Virus record (IMG/VR): IMGVR_UViG_3300020380_000001
Coordinates: 186,001 to 250,000 of that record
Reading direction: 5' to 3' (one strand)
DNA length: 64,000 nt
Positions 54,482-64,000 of the stretch are shown piece by piece; positions within the stretch are counted from its first letter, which is position 1; each line of letters begins with the position of its first letter. Position numbers and translations under genes: made by a program. A model generated the notes under the pieces. That model made no database searches. It was not told the DNA's origin and saw nothing but the letters and a program-made list of their open reading frames with translations.

Positions 54482-55785
54482 AGCGTAGTAGTGTCGTTTA
54501 TCAAATGTGCTTCGAACTTGTTGCCGCCATTCGCATCTTCATCAATAAGGCGCTTGGCAAACATAGTTATCTCACGCACGGTTTCGTAGGTGCTGCAATT
54601 GTTTTCTTTTGACAGCAAGATAATCGCGTTAATCATCGCCGCCTGGGCTTGGAGCGTATGTAACTCAGGATCGTAGTTGTCTGCCACTTCCAAGTAACCG
54701 TAGTATTGCATCATACTGAACACAGTATTGTCAACACGGAAACTAGAGTCGTGTCTCACCCCATTATTGTTGCGAAGAAATTGTATTCCCTCATTGGCAG
54801 CCTGCCGACCAACGTTCGCAACAATTAGATCGTATGCGGCCTGTATTACGTATCCAGCAAAGGACATAAACGGATCAGTAGGCACGCCTGGCAGTTCACT
54901 TAGAGCAAGCGCGAGCATGGCGCCGCTTTGGCCGCAATTCGAATGCAAAGGATTAGTGAACCAATGTATGGTGTTGTAGAAGACTTCTTGTGCACTTGAA
55001 CGATAGTACTCGTTGTTCTTAAATACCTCAGCTTTTAAACCTTCATTATAGCCGATGAAGTTTCTCTTATAACTCATGAACGCGTTAACCATAGATTGTG
55101 TTCTACGGGTTGCCTCTTTGGAATCATAACGGTGCCCGTCTTTGGCACATGACTGCGTCATTTCGACTGGTGAAAAGCCAGTTTGCAAAGCTGCTACTAT
55201 TTGGTTGGCATACGGCCATTTGTTCATGTTACAAAAGCCTTTAAATGTAGCCGCGTGGTTGTATATCAGTGACTCTTCACACGCATCGGCATAAGCGAAA
55301 GTATTGGAGTTTACTTTATTCAAAAAGGCACTACATTCCTCCCTATCAGCTAGAAGGCGCTCAGCAGTCGTCAACCCAGTTTTGTCGGTGCGGATCATGC
55401 CGTATACGAGCATCTCTATAAGCTTATTCGGAAATATTGTCGTACCACGCTCTGAATCGGTAGCGTTACTCACGTCCGGATAAGCAGGACGAAATGGATC
55501 AGAGGTCGGCGGATGTTTGGCCAAAAAGCTGCCGTCGTGTTCAGGTTGACCGACTGACGCTAGCTTGTCAGCAAGTGCATTAGCCAGTTCAAGCTGTTTG
55601 AGTACTTCTTTCTTCTCGTTTGCCTCTCTAATAGACTGCACAGTGATCCTTGGCTGTACAACTGAATCAGAACTGTGTAAATCTTTAGCCATGCGGTACG
55701 GTGTCAAAACACCGTGTGAGTTCATCTCTTCCATGCTGAAGTCCTTTGACTTGACTGGCATTGCGATTTTGTTGCCGCTACTCAT
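54478..55785 (-). CDS. hypothetical protein
   Basis: 435-aa helical ORF with 4-nt overlaps. Confidence 0.8.
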   Translation of the reverse strand: MSSGNKIAMPVKSKDFSMEEMNSHGVLTPYRMAKDLHSSDSVVQPRITVQSIREANEKKEVLKQLELANALADKLASVGQPEHDGSFLAKHPPTSDPFRPAYPDVSNATDSERGTTIFPNKLIEMLVYGMIRTDKTGLTTAERLLADREECSAFLNKVNSNTFAYADACEESLIYNHAATFKGFCNMNKWPYANQIVAALQTGFSPVEMTQSCAKDGHRYDSKEATRRTQSMVNAFMSYKRNFIGYNEGLKAEVFKNNEYYRSSAQEVFYNTIHWFTNPLHSNCGQSGAMLALALSELPGVPTDPFMSFAGYVIQAAYDLIVANVGRQAANEGIQFLRNNNGVRHDSSFRVDNTVFSMMQYYGYLEVADNYDPELHTLQAQAAMINAIILLSKENNCSTYETVREITMFAKRLIDEDANGGNKFEAHLINDTTTL

Positions 55786-56429
55786 CGTCTATCCTTACTT
55801 TTTCTAACCAATGTGAGTATGGTATCAGATATATCCCTAAATGGCTGGATTATATCATGCTGAGCAATATCCGGGTTATTGTATCGCGCAACTAACGCGT
55901 AATACTTACGGTACAATTCATACATTTCGTTCCAGTCATCACACAAACGAAGATATTCTTCGCGAAATTCGGAATCAGTTTTGCTGCGGATGAATCCAGT
56001 TATGTTGGATTCATTAGTGACGTTCATATCCAACATCGGCCAGTTATCTGATCCAGTACGTATACCGGCAGCGTCTAGGAAGTCTAGATACTCATGTAAC
56101 AAGCGAATACTGGCTGAAGTGTCTAACACCTTAATGCCATGTACTTTGCGATACAGGGTTTCACTGAACGCGATAATTTGATCATCACTGTTAATCGGCG
56201 CGTCTTCTGTTTCAGATTCTGAGTAGCGCTGTATAACTTTTTGATCAACAAGGTTCGCGGCAAGCATGGCTGGATCACCAACAGTCGGTGCGCCCATTGG
56301 CGACAGTATAGACATTAGTCTACAAAAATAAGGACACTCGCTGTGGTCATTTGTGTTGAACATAACAACACGTTCACTAGCCAACGCTTTGAGGTTAGCT
56401 TCGATATATTCATCCGGATCTAAAATCAT
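55782..56429 (-). CDS. hypothetical protein
   Basis: 215-aa acidic ORF, coupled. Confidence 0.75.
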   Translation of the reverse strand: MILDPDEYIEANLKALASERVVMFNTNDHSECPYFCRLMSILSPMGAPTVGDPAMLAANLVDQKVIQRYSESETEDAPINSDDQIIAFSETLYRKVHGIKVLDTSASIRLLHEYLDFLDAAGIRTGSDNWPMLDMNVTNESNITGFIRSKTDSEFREEYLRLCDDWNEMYELYRKYYALVARYNNPDIAQHDIIQPFRDISDTILTLVRKSKDRR

Positions 56430-56932
56430 TTGCTATACTCCACACATGTATGGTCTAATCCGACCAAGTATGTATCAATAATAAATTCGACTATTCGCCA
56501 ATCACCGCCAGCCAAGCCGCACCCGATTTGCGGGTATGCGACTCGTATTGGTGGTAGACCGTTTGCTTCGCGTTCAGCGGCAGAGTCGCGTAAATCATTA
56601 CCCAACTCTCTAAAGAAATCAACCAAAGCAGTGTAGTCGACAGGGCAGTCTTCAGGCGAAGTTCGCGGGGCGTACTGGGTGTAAGCATTAAGGACAACAA
56701 ACTCGTGATCGTTTATCGTTAACACCGCAGACGAAAAGCTGCCTAGCTTAGAACGATCACCTTTTTTAGTCTGTTCTTTATCAGCTTGCGGCACTGCTTG
56801 CCAGCCAGGTCGTCGTGCTATTTGCCCTGCTATACCGGAGCCCATCGCATGCAGACAATTACAGCCGTGAACCATAATGTCGAACTGCGCGTTCTCCATC
56901 ATCTCGAGTAAATCACCTTTAACTTTTTTCAT
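56426..56932 (-). CDS. macrodomain ADP-ribosylhydrolase (DarG/TARG1-like)
   Basis: KGDLL, HGCNCLHAMGSGIA, YPQIGCGLAGGDW motifs. Confidence 0.88.
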   Translation of the reverse strand: MKKVKGDLLEMMENAQFDIMVHGCNCLHAMGSGIAGQIARRPGWQAVPQADKEQTKKGDRSKLGSFSSAVLTINDHEFVVLNAYTQYAPRTSPEDCPVDYTALVDFFRELGNDLRDSAAEREANGLPPIRVAYPQIGCGLAGGDWRIVEFIIDTYLVGLDHTCVEYSK

Positions 56933-57191
56933 ACTTCACCTTTTCTAAGTACGCTTCGTACTCAATTTCATCTATATAGACAAATACACTGCCGTCTTGT
57001 ACAGCAAGACCAAAGTCAGCCAAGTTGTCGGCTACACTATGTTGTAATTCGTCTCCGCCCCATATCAACGCAACTAAGTAGGCTTTAAACCACAAGAAGC
57101 GTTCTTCGGAGTCGTTAATCCACAGCCATACAAAGGCTTCAGTAATACTGAGCTCGTCGTATTTCTTGACTGTCTGCGTCTTCTTACTCAT
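56919..57191 (-). CDS. hypothetical protein
   Basis: Coupled 90-aa ORF. Confidence 0.65.
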   Translation of the reverse strand: MSKKTQTVKKYDELSITEAFVWLWINDSEERFLWFKAYLVALIWGGDELQHSVADNLADFGLAVQDGSVFVYIDEIEYEAYLEKVKYEKS

Positions 57192-57583
57192 GGCACGTAC
57201 ATTGTATCAACTGTAAACCCGCACTCGTTACTCAACGTGGCAAGAAACTCAACAAGCATAGGATCCAACAATTCATCAGCTGTGGCTGGCACAACCATTG
57301 TTTCACCGCTAATTGTTTCTTCTTTGCCAAGGTAAACACCAACGATAAACGGCGGCTCACCGAAATGTCTCCCTTCAACTTTTAAGTCAGTAACGAACAA
57401 ACGTTCGCCAGCGCACAAGTTGTGAGACAGGTATAAACTGATGGTGTTGCGGAGCTCAGACATGTTTGGTTTTATCTCAGTCACTTCACGCAAATACTCA
57501 GTTGAGTACTTATTCTTTTTAACAATTTTAGCTGACATTGCTTTCCCCTTTGTAACGCCATACAACACGCGTATCGCGGTCAT
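57188..57583 (-). CDS. hypothetical protein
   Basis: Coupled ORF; likely start MSAKIVKK. Confidence 0.6.
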   Translation of the reverse strand: MTAIRVLYGVTKGKAMSAKIVKKNKYSTEYLREVTEIKPNMSELRNTISLYLSHNLCAGERLFVTDLKVEGRHFGEPPFIVGVYLGKEETISGETMVVPATADELLDPMLVEFLATLSNECGFTVDTMYVP

Positions 57584-57842
57584 ACACTGCGTCTTTTGTT
57601 TTTAAAACTACGTTATTACCATCACGCACAGCAACACCATCGGCAACTTCTCCAGAGCTAGAGATCACTTCAATCTCACTATCGTCTAAGGGAATTGCAA
57701 ATGGGAAGGTATCGTAGGCTGCGGTAAAAGAACTGATTGCTTGCATGGATCGCGCTCCGGTATAAAAATCACTGAATACGCGCCGACTTACGACGGCGTC
57801 GTAAACAAGTCGGTTAATTTGAGTTGATAAGTTGGTCTGCAT
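57528..57842 (-). CDS. hypothetical protein
   Basis: 104-aa ORF in the operon. Confidence 0.6.
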   Translation of the reverse strand: MQTNLSTQINRLVYDAVVSRRVFSDFYTGARSMQAISSFTAAYDTFPFAIPLDDSEIEVISSSGEVADGVAVRDGNNVVLKTKDAVYDRDTRVVWRYKGESNVS

Positions 57843-58191
57843 AGTTGCGGTAGTGCTCGTATGAAGCCTGCATGTTTTCAGCGCCGATGGGGTTCCTGGT
57901 ATGGATCATGATCGGCGGCAGTGTAAGATCAGCGGCAATATACTCTTCACACATGAATTTAAGACAGTCATGCCCAGTGCGCTCCACTGTACGGCCGTGC
58001 CCCTCTTTAAAATCCTGTATATCGTGGTCAAAGCTATAAACGCACTCTTCCTCTGACTGCACTACATCAAGAACAGCGTCTACGAATTCATCATACGTGC
58101 GCACTACTGTCCAATCAACGTCTTGCCATAATGAAACCCACACTACGTCAGCAACATTGCGTTCGTCGTCTAAGAATATGCCTTTACGCAT
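57814..58191 (-). CDS. cyclic-phosphate-processing receiver-domain protein (RNA-repair associated)
   Basis: IFLDDER...WTVVRTYDEF...SFDHD...TG.D....IHT.NPIGA.NM pattern. Confidence 0.75.
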   Translation of the reverse strand: MRKGIFLDDERNVADVVWVSLWQDVDWTVVRTYDEFVDAVLDVVQSEEECVYSFDHDIQDFKEGHGRTVERTGHDCLKFMCEEYIAADLTLPPIMIHTRNPIGAENMQASYEHYRNYADQLINSN

Positions 58192-58298
58192 ATAATTTCA
58201 TCCTTTTTATACTTTTGTATATTGTAGCATCTAGGAAAAGTTTTACAAGTAGAAAACACAAATGAAAAACTTTTATTTTTACCTGAAGACGAAAGATG

Positions 58299-58322
58299 AA
58301 AAAAGGGGCAGTGTGCCCCTTT
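58299..58322 (-). terminator. intrinsic terminator after clpA
   Basis: AAAAAAGGGGCA-GTG-TGCCCCTTT hairpin. Confidence 0.75.
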
Positions 58323-58325
58323 CAA

Positions 58326-60581
58326 TTATTCTGCGCTGGCTTCTTCTTGCTTGGCGCGCTGTGCTTTGCGATCTAGCGTTACGTTAACCACTAGTTCGTT
58401 ATTAGCAACTTCTAAACGTACAATGCCACCTTCAGTCAACTTACCATACAAGACTTCCTTAGCAATTGGCTTGCGGACCGCAGTCTTAAACAAGCGCTTA
58501 AGAGGACGGGCTCCGTACTTGTCGTCAATCCCGTTGTCACGCAACCAACGCGTAGCGTCAGGTGTTACGGATACTTGGATATTCTTAGTACTCAAGTCTT
58601 GATTTAACTCAGTAATGTACGTCTTGAGGATTCGGTTAATACTAACCTCGTCAAGCGGTGCAAACACATGAACATCATCAACACGGTTAATCAGTTCCGG
58701 CTTAAAGAAGCGTTTCACTTCCGCGTCAATTTCCGATGCCATGTTTGCGCTGCCAGCTGCAAAGCCTATACGACTGCCGCTCGCTTTTGCTGCGCCAGGG
58801 TTACCAGTATAAAAGATAACGGTATTGGAGAAGTCTGCGGCTACGCCTGACGACGACGTAAGTTTGCCGTGATCGTGTATCTGTAAGAATAAATCATATA
58901 CGCTTCGGTGCGCTTTTTCAGATTCATCCATCAGTATTACACAAACTGGGTTTTCAGATACTTCCGTAACCAACTTACCATTCTTATAACGACCTTCACC
59001 GTGACCCTTGTAGCCAGGAGGTGCGCCAATCAGTAACGCGTCTGAGTGCTCAGCTGAATACTCACTCATATCATAGCGCAGTAACGGCACGCCCCATTCT
59101 TCCGCAAGTACTTTCACCAAGTGTGTTTTACCAGTACCTGTGATACCAGCAATAATACCACCGTAAATAGGACCTTCGGAATTGTCAAGCCCAGCTTTGC
59201 GCGTTTCAATAGCTTCAACTACCGTGTCAATAACATCGTCGTGTCCAAACACACGATCCTTAATACGGGCAGCAAGCGTCGACATACTGTCGCTGTCGTT
59301 CGCTGTTAAGTCTTTTTCAGGAATGCCGGTAGTCAAACTTAGTGCGCGTGTGATGTTTTCATCGTTTACTTCGTCTTGTCCTTTAATCTTAGCGTTAATC
59401 ATCGCTAAATCAAGTAGGTCAAAACTTCTGTCCGGGTTGTGCTTTTGCTGCACATATTTGGTAGCCAAATCAACCAGTTTCGGTAAGTCTGCCATATTAA
59501 ACGACACGTTATGGAAGTCTTCGTACGAGAACAGGCTCTGTGCAAGTATACGCACAGTTTCATCACGCGATGGTTCAGGCACATCAACTAACGCAAAGCG
59601 GCGCACAAGTGCTCTATCACTTTCAATTTGTTCGTAATACTCAGCGTTAGTAGTAGCGCCGATTACTTTAATTTCACCGTTTGCTAGTTTAGGCTTAAGC
59701 ATGTTGCCCAAGTCAAGCGCTGAATCTTTAGTTTGTCCAGCTGACATTGCGGAGTGCATCTCGTCAATAAACAAGATAACTTTGTCCTTAGAACACAGCT
59801 CGTCAATAATTGACTTAATACGTTCTTCAGCATCACCGCGGAACTTAGTACCTGCCATCAGGGCAGCAACATCAAGTGAATAAATTTCGTAGTCTTTTAG
59901 TGAATCCGGGATTTCGCCGTCTACAATTCGTTTAGCTAGGCCTTCAACAATTGCTGTTTTACCAACACCGGCTTCACCTGTCAAAATTGCGTTTGACTTT
60001 TTGCGGCGTCCCAGTACATGTACTAGTTGATCAATAACATCGTCGCGCCCAACAAGCGGATCAATTTTCTCAGCTTGTTCGGTTAAGTTTACACAGTATG
60101 TGCCTAAAGGATCAGTTACGTTTGAACCAGTACCAGCGCCAGATTGAAGAGCAGGCTCTAGGATTTCTAAAATCTTTTCACGTGTAATGCCGTGCTTTTT
60201 AAGATATGCTGCCGAGTGCGAGCGCTCTTCGGTAACCATCATTAATACTAGCGACACAAGTGTCAAATCAGAATTGCCTGAAATTGCGTCTTGTGCTGAT
60301 GCACGACGGATAAGTTCAATTAAGCGCTTGGATTCTTTGGGTTCAATGTCAGTGCCAGTCCATGGTGAACGTAGCGACTCACTTGACAAATAAGTTTCAA
60401 CATCAGTGATAAGGCCGTTAAGCGTGCCTTTACAGCGCGTAACTAAATCAGTGAATGTTTTTTCTTGTGTAAGGGATAAGAGCAAATGCTCGGTAAGTAG
60501 GTATTCGTGATAGCGGCTAACCGCCTCGTTTGTAGCGCGTTCCATAACACGCTTGATGAACTGTAAGTCTTTATCAGCCAT
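58326..60581 (-). CDS. clpA: ClpA-like AAA+ unfoldase
   Basis: N-domain ([11 protein letters not shown]); D1 GEAGVGKT and LFIDE; D2 GITGTGKT and LMDESEK; IGF ClpP-docking loop; no ClpB M-domain. Confidence 0.92.
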   Translation of the reverse strand: MADKDLQFIKRVMERATNEAVSRYHEYLLTEHLLLSLTQEKTFTDLVTRCKGTLNGLITDVETYLSSESLRSPWTGTDIEPKESKRLIELIRRASAQDAISGNSDLTLVSLVLMMVTEERSHSAAYLKKHGITREKILEILEPALQSGAGTGSNVTDPLGTYCVNLTEQAEKIDPLVGRDDVIDQLVHVLGRRKKSNAILTGEAGVGKTAIVEGLAKRIVDGEIPDSLKDYEIYSLDVAALMAGTKFRGDAEERIKSIIDELCSKDKVILFIDEMHSAMSAGQTKDSALDLGNMLKPKLANGEIKVIGATTNAEYYEQIESDRALVRRFALVDVPEPSRDETVRILAQSLFSYEDFHNVSFNMADLPKLVDLATKYVQQKHNPDRSFDLLDLAMINAKIKGQDEVNDENITRALSLTTGIPEKDLTANDSDSMSTLAARIKDRVFGHDDVIDTVVEAIETRKAGLDNSEGPIYGGIIAGITGTGKTHLVKVLAEEWGVPLLRYDMSEYSAEHSDALLIGAPPGYKGHGEGRYKNGKLVTEVSENPVCVILMDESEKAHRSVYDLFLQIHDHGKLTSSSGVAADFSNTVIFYTGNPGAAKASGSRIGFAAGSANMASEIDAEVKRFFKPELINRVDDVHVFAPLDEVSINRILKTYITELNQDLSTKNIQVSVTPDATRWLRDNGIDDKYGARPLKRLFKTAVRKPIAKEVLYGKLTEGGIVRLEVANNELVVNVTLDRKAQRAKQEEASAE

Positions 60582-60606
60582 ATTTTGCTCCTTGTGTTTA
60601 AACTAT

Positions 60607-60996
60607 TTATTCACCCGATTGCGAATTATTCTGTATTTGTTGCTCATATGCTTTTATCACAGCTTGCTGGTCCTTAATATAACGTAATAAGTCAGCGGTG
60701 TTATACGACAGATTTTCATAGTCCTTTGCGCTTAACACAAAGTACGCTTGATCGTCAGTCATATTGTCAGTTAAGTCAACCATAATAGCCCGGTTGGCAA
60801 CTCTGAATTCGACTGCGGCCATATTAACTGGCTCAGGTCTGCCGAACGTGCCATATATAGGGCATATAGCGTCACTGACGTCCACAGTCTGCGTCTGTTC
60901 CTCATCCGTTAAAGTACAAGCCGGCGTCGTAAGAATAATTCCTACGGTTATACCGAGCACGATAATAGACTTCACACCGTTATTCAGTTTCTTCAT
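60607..60996 (-). CDS. putative outer-membrane spanin (Rz1-like lipoprotein)
   Basis: Signal with lipobox-like TPAC; YENLSYNTADLLRYIKDQQAVIKAYE tail; overlaps the upstream i-spanin. Confidence 0.7.
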   Translation of the reverse strand: MKKLNNGVKSIIVLGITVGIILTTPACTLTDEEQTQTVDVSDAICPIYGTFGRPEPVNMAAVEFRVANRAIMVDLTDNMTDDQAYFVLSAKDYENLSYNTADLLRYIKDQQAVIKAYEQQIQNNSQSGE

Positions 60997-61429
60997 CGAT
61001 TTTAGTCACTTCTTCAATGTCAGTACCCAGCTTAGCTATGGCTCGATTTACTCGAGTTTCTATTAAGCCCGGCTTTTTGCTGGCTAGATATTCAAGGTCA
61101 TGTTTGCGCAACACGTCTTTGATCTTATTCTGTTCAGCTACGTTTTCGTTATACATCTCACGTAGCTCAGAATGTTGTTTCAACAGTTGCTCAACTTTGG
61201 ATGCCTGAATCTCAAGCCGTTTGACTAAGTTTTCGTTCTTATTTGTAACATTAGTGACTTCGGTTGTCAAGGTATTAACTTCTTTTTGTAACTCAGTGTT
61301 ATCTTCAATTACAGAAGTTAAGTACGAATAGCCAAGGTACACGGCAAACAGAACACCCGCAAAGGCGGCAAGTACGGCTATTGTACCCCAAGTCTTTTTA
61401 GATCCTAATGCGGCGAGTCCTGCTAACAT
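60980..61429 (-). CDS. putative inner-membrane spanin (Rz-like)
   Basis: N-terminal TM + coiled coil + KKPGLIETRVN, as in T4-type i-spanins. Confidence 0.75.
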   Translation of the reverse strand: MLAGLAALGSKKTWGTIAVLAAFAGVLFAVYLGYSYLTSVIEDNTELQKEVNTLTTEVTNVTNKNENLVKRLEIQASKVEQLLKQHSELREMYNENVAEQNKIKDVLRKHDLEYLASKKPGLIETRVNRAIAKLGTDIEEVTKIDEETE

Positions 61430-61430
61430 G

Positions 61431-62165
61431 TTATCCGTTCCTTGTTACTTTAAGACAGTGGTTGTCATCATTAACCACTAATATATGTGAATCACTAGTA
61501 CCGAATACAGAGTAACTGGCACCTAGCGAGCGCTCTAAGAATACTATATCAGTGCCGCTTGAAAACGGCGATACTTGACTATGAAAGCCTTTAAAGTCGC
61601 CTTCGTCAACAACACGATAAGAACTACCTTCCAACGAGAATGTAGACTTCTGCGTATCTGTGCGACTTGCGGCTTTAGCAAGAAACTTGGCTATTGCATC
61701 TTGTCCTTTATTGGCCAAGTACTTTTTGTGAGTCATGTACTTCTTAGGATCAAGAGGCAAGTCAGCATGCGGGCAGCCTGCGCGGTAACGCTTAACTTCA
61801 CCTGTCATATAAAACCTAAGACTCCATTTCATCTTATCAGTCATATTTTCAATGTCAGCGATCATCTCGTCAAAGTTTTTCCAAAAGTCACGATCACGTC
61901 TATATTCAACGTGCACTTTCCACATGTTGTTGGTATCGCTAAGCTCAGTGAACTCTGTATCAATCGTATCATACGGTGACATTTCAATAAACATAGCAAA
62001 GTCACGAGCGGCAGCTTCGTCTATTACATTAAACGTCACTACTACCACTTCTTCAGGTGTCCCCGACTTAGGCTTAAAGAAATCAACTAGAATGATCGGA
62101 TCAACCATGTGCTCTAGTTGATGGCGTCTAAACCTTTCGTTTAACTGTCTTTTATTACGCTTCAT
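61431..62165 (-). CDS. hypothetical protein
   Basis: Track ORF 61431..62261; start MKRNKRQLNE preferred to avoid a large overlap. Confidence 0.75.
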   Translation of the reverse strand: MKRNKRQLNERFRRHQLEHMVDPIILVDFFKPKSGTPEEVVVVTFNVIDEAAARDFAMFIEMSPYDTIDTEFTELSDTNNMWKVHVEYRRDRDFWKNFDEMIADIENMTDKMKWSLRFYMTGEVKRYRAGCPHADLPLDPKKYMTHKKYLANKGQDAIAKFLAKAASRTDTQKSTFSLEGSSYRVVDEGDFKGFHSQVSPFSSGTDIVFLERSLGASYSVFGTSDSHILVVNDDNHCLKVTRNG

Positions 62166-62700
62166 CGTCGCCTTCATCCTGGTTTGTTTCTGGGGCATCA
62201 TCTGTGTCGTCTCCACCAAATATGTCGTCACTATCGTCGATTTTCTCATCTCGATAATCAACCCCGCTTAGCGCGGTAGACAGATTCAAGTAATCAGTAA
62301 TGTTGCTTGCAATTAGACGTTTGGGGAATTTCAAATCAACTACTGAAACACGGTAAAGCTCGCTTTTAATTGGCGCGGTTGGATTATCGTCGAACTCTTC
62401 AGCAGTCGGTACGCCTGTCATATTGAAAGCTTCGTTACGCAGGGTATACTTAATACCGAACTTCTCTAAGCGCGGCAAGCCTTTTACATCAGGTGGTCTG
62501 GACTTGGGGTACATGATAGACACGTCAACCCAGTACTCTGTGATATCAGGCCCTGCTATAATTTCGCCTTCTTCCCAGTTCTCATATGCATAGACGCCGG
62601 TCTCGCCAAGGATACTCTCGCACTCTAGCAAGTAATCCATAGCAGTAATGTCGCCCATAATATACTGGTAGTTTTGTTGTAATGAATCAAATTCTATCAT
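62155..62700 (-). CDS. acidic hypothetical protein
   Basis: 181 aa; CTAAATAT upstream. Confidence 0.8.
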   Translation of the reverse strand: MIEFDSLQQNYQYIMGDITAMDYLLECESILGETGVYAYENWEEGEIIAGPDITEYWVDVSIMYPKSRPPDVKGLPRLEKFGIKYTLRNEAFNMTGVPTAEEFDDNPTAPIKSELYRVSVVDLKFPKRLIASNITDYLNLSTALSGVDYRDEKIDDSDDIFGGDDTDDAPETNQDEGDDEA

Positions 62701-62925
62701 TATATCGCCTGTTTAGTCTTTACCATATTTAGTACTTGGGCAATTGTAATGAAAGATTAATCTACAAATTGAATTCTGGCCGTAAATACTTTTGAACACT
62801 ACGGTGTTCACGGAACCCCGGATGATAGTAAATTCATATACTTACAATCCATGCAACACGCCAAAGACTCTTGTTACTAGAACGAAGGGTCACCACTTCT
62901 TTAACCCTAATAAAGGAACTATTTT

Positions 62926-63681
62926 ATGGCAAAACAGGCTAAGTACGACCAGAATTCAACCAAGCACGGTAAACATAACCAAAAAGCAACTGTTTACGAT
63001 ATAAACTCACTTACTAAGAAGAGCCCGCCGTCTACTAAAGACGTGCGCCCGATTCCTAGAAACGTTGCTCAGGAAGAATACGTACAATACCTCAATAACG
63101 AAAGCGTTCGTTTAGTTTTCGGCACAGGGCCTGCAGGTACCGGTAAAACACTACTGGCTACACTGAAGGCAATTCAACTATTTTTAGAAGGCCATGTTAG
63201 TAAAATTATCATTACTCGTCCCGCAGTAGCAGTAGACGGAGAATCGCACGGATTTCTACCCGGTGACATATTCGCTAAGCTAGAGCCATGGACAAAACCT
63301 ATCCTGGATGTATTTTTAAAGTTCTTTTCACATTCCCAGATAGCAGATATGATCGACACCGATATGTTAGAAATTTGCCCGCTTGGTTTCATGCGCGGCA
63401 GAACATTCGATAATGCGGTGCTTTTACTTGACGAAGCACAAAACTCAACTGACGTACAGATGAAAATGTTCTTAACCCGTATAGGCACCGGCACGCGTGC
63501 ATTTATTACTGGTGACTTAGAACAAAGTGACCGAGAAAAAGGCATCAACGGCTTAGAGGACTTTGCCCGTCGAGCTAATGACCGTGCGCCGGACAGTATC
63601 AAGTTCGTTAATTTCCAACGCAAAGATGTGGAGCGTGATGCGATTGTAGAGACTGTATTGGCACTTTACGAAGACGAATAA
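62926..63681 (+). CDS. phoH: PhoH-family ATPase
   Basis: GPAGTGKT, IIITRPAV, PLGFMRGRTF, DEAQN, GDLEQSD. Confidence 0.95.
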   Translation: MAKQAKYDQNSTKHGKHNQKATVYDINSLTKKSPPSTKDVRPIPRNVAQEEYVQYLNNESVRLVFGTGPAGTGKTLLATLKAIQLFLEGHVSKIIITRPAVAVDGESHGFLPGDIFAKLEPWTKPILDVFLKFFSHSQIADMIDTDMLEICPLGFMRGRTFDNAVLLLDEAQNSTDVQMKMFLTRIGTGTRAFITGDLEQSDREKGINGLEDFARRANDRAPDSIKFVNFQRKDVERDAIVETVLALYEDE

Positions 63682-63690
63682 GGTGATATG

Positions 63691-63717
63691 AAAAAGCCGC
63701 TTAAACGCGGCTTTTTT
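63691..63717. terminator. bidirectional terminator
   Basis: AAAAAGCCGC-loop-GCGGCTTTTTT between convergent genes. Confidence 0.85.
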
Positions 63718-63731
63718 GTCTTTGGATTTTA

Positions 63732-64000
63732 TTATGCTGCGTCTACTGTCTCAATCACATCAGACCAGCTATTAACAACCGGAAACTTGTCTACTTCTAC
63801 GCCGCTGTTATACTCTTGGTAAAAGTTTAAAACTTTTAAACCATACTCGTGCGCTGCTAGTGCATGTTTTAGGTGATCTTCTACGTAAAACAACCCGGTG
63901 TCTTTATAATGATCAAACGCTTCTTCTTTGTGGTGGTGAATGTCCACAGCCCAAAGCTTGTCAAAATCAAAAGCGGCTGCACCAAATACCGCAGTAAGGT
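63732..64000 (-). CDS. C-terminus of a HAD-family 5'(3')-deoxyribonucleotidase-like protein (runs off the window)
   Basis: Frame stays open to the window end; K...YVEDH..HA and V.SW motifs. Confidence 0.6.
   Translation of the reverse strand, partial: LTAVFGAAAFDFDKLWAVDIHHHKEEAFDHYKDTGLFYVEDHLKHALAAHEYGLKVLNFYQEYNSGVEVDKFPVVNSWSDVIETVDAA

Noticed and set aside
62166-62261. N-terminal extension of the 61431 ORF
   Set aside because: Overlaps the acidic tail of the upstream gene by more than 100 nt; the start at 62165 gives an ordinary 11-nt overlap.

Overview
64 kb of a large lytic dsDNA bacteriophage, most likely a jumbo myophage with T4-like late transcription. It uses the standard genetic code (TAA, TAG and TGA all serve as stops) and nearly all genes are on the minus strand. 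A PEP-CTERM gene suggests an exosortase-bearing proteobacterial host (inference). (1) 1-11.4 kb: a tRNA array of about 20 genes plus several tRNA-like oddities. It is interleaved with an HNH endonuclease, a YqeY protein, a PEP-CTERM protein and seven small acidic proteins that share an N-terminal M-S-D/E-x-M-R-x-x-M-N-L-M-E-like peptide. (2) 11.45-12.6 kb: a gene-free region of hairpins containing a three-copy covarying motif, a candidate large ncRNA. (3) 13-41 kb: mostly a late virion/tail-fibre module (2136-aa SPRY/LamG-like protein, RCC1 propeller, fibre proteins) with a holin-like gene, a lone response-regulator receiver and a small plus-strand island of early genes. (4) 41-53.9 kb: 16 tandem 218-315-aa ORFs with no similarity visible by eye except a shared C-terminal helix ending in [RK]-[LI]-[QN]-[YG]-G. 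(5) 53.9-64 kb: lytic transglycosylase, macrodomain, cyclic-phosphate receiver, ClpA, spanins, PhoH and a truncated HAD nucleotidase. The strongest leads are the C-terminal-tag array, the structured ncRNA region, the non-canonical tRNA classes and the phage-borne PEP-CTERM protein. All calls were made by eye and no database searches were run.
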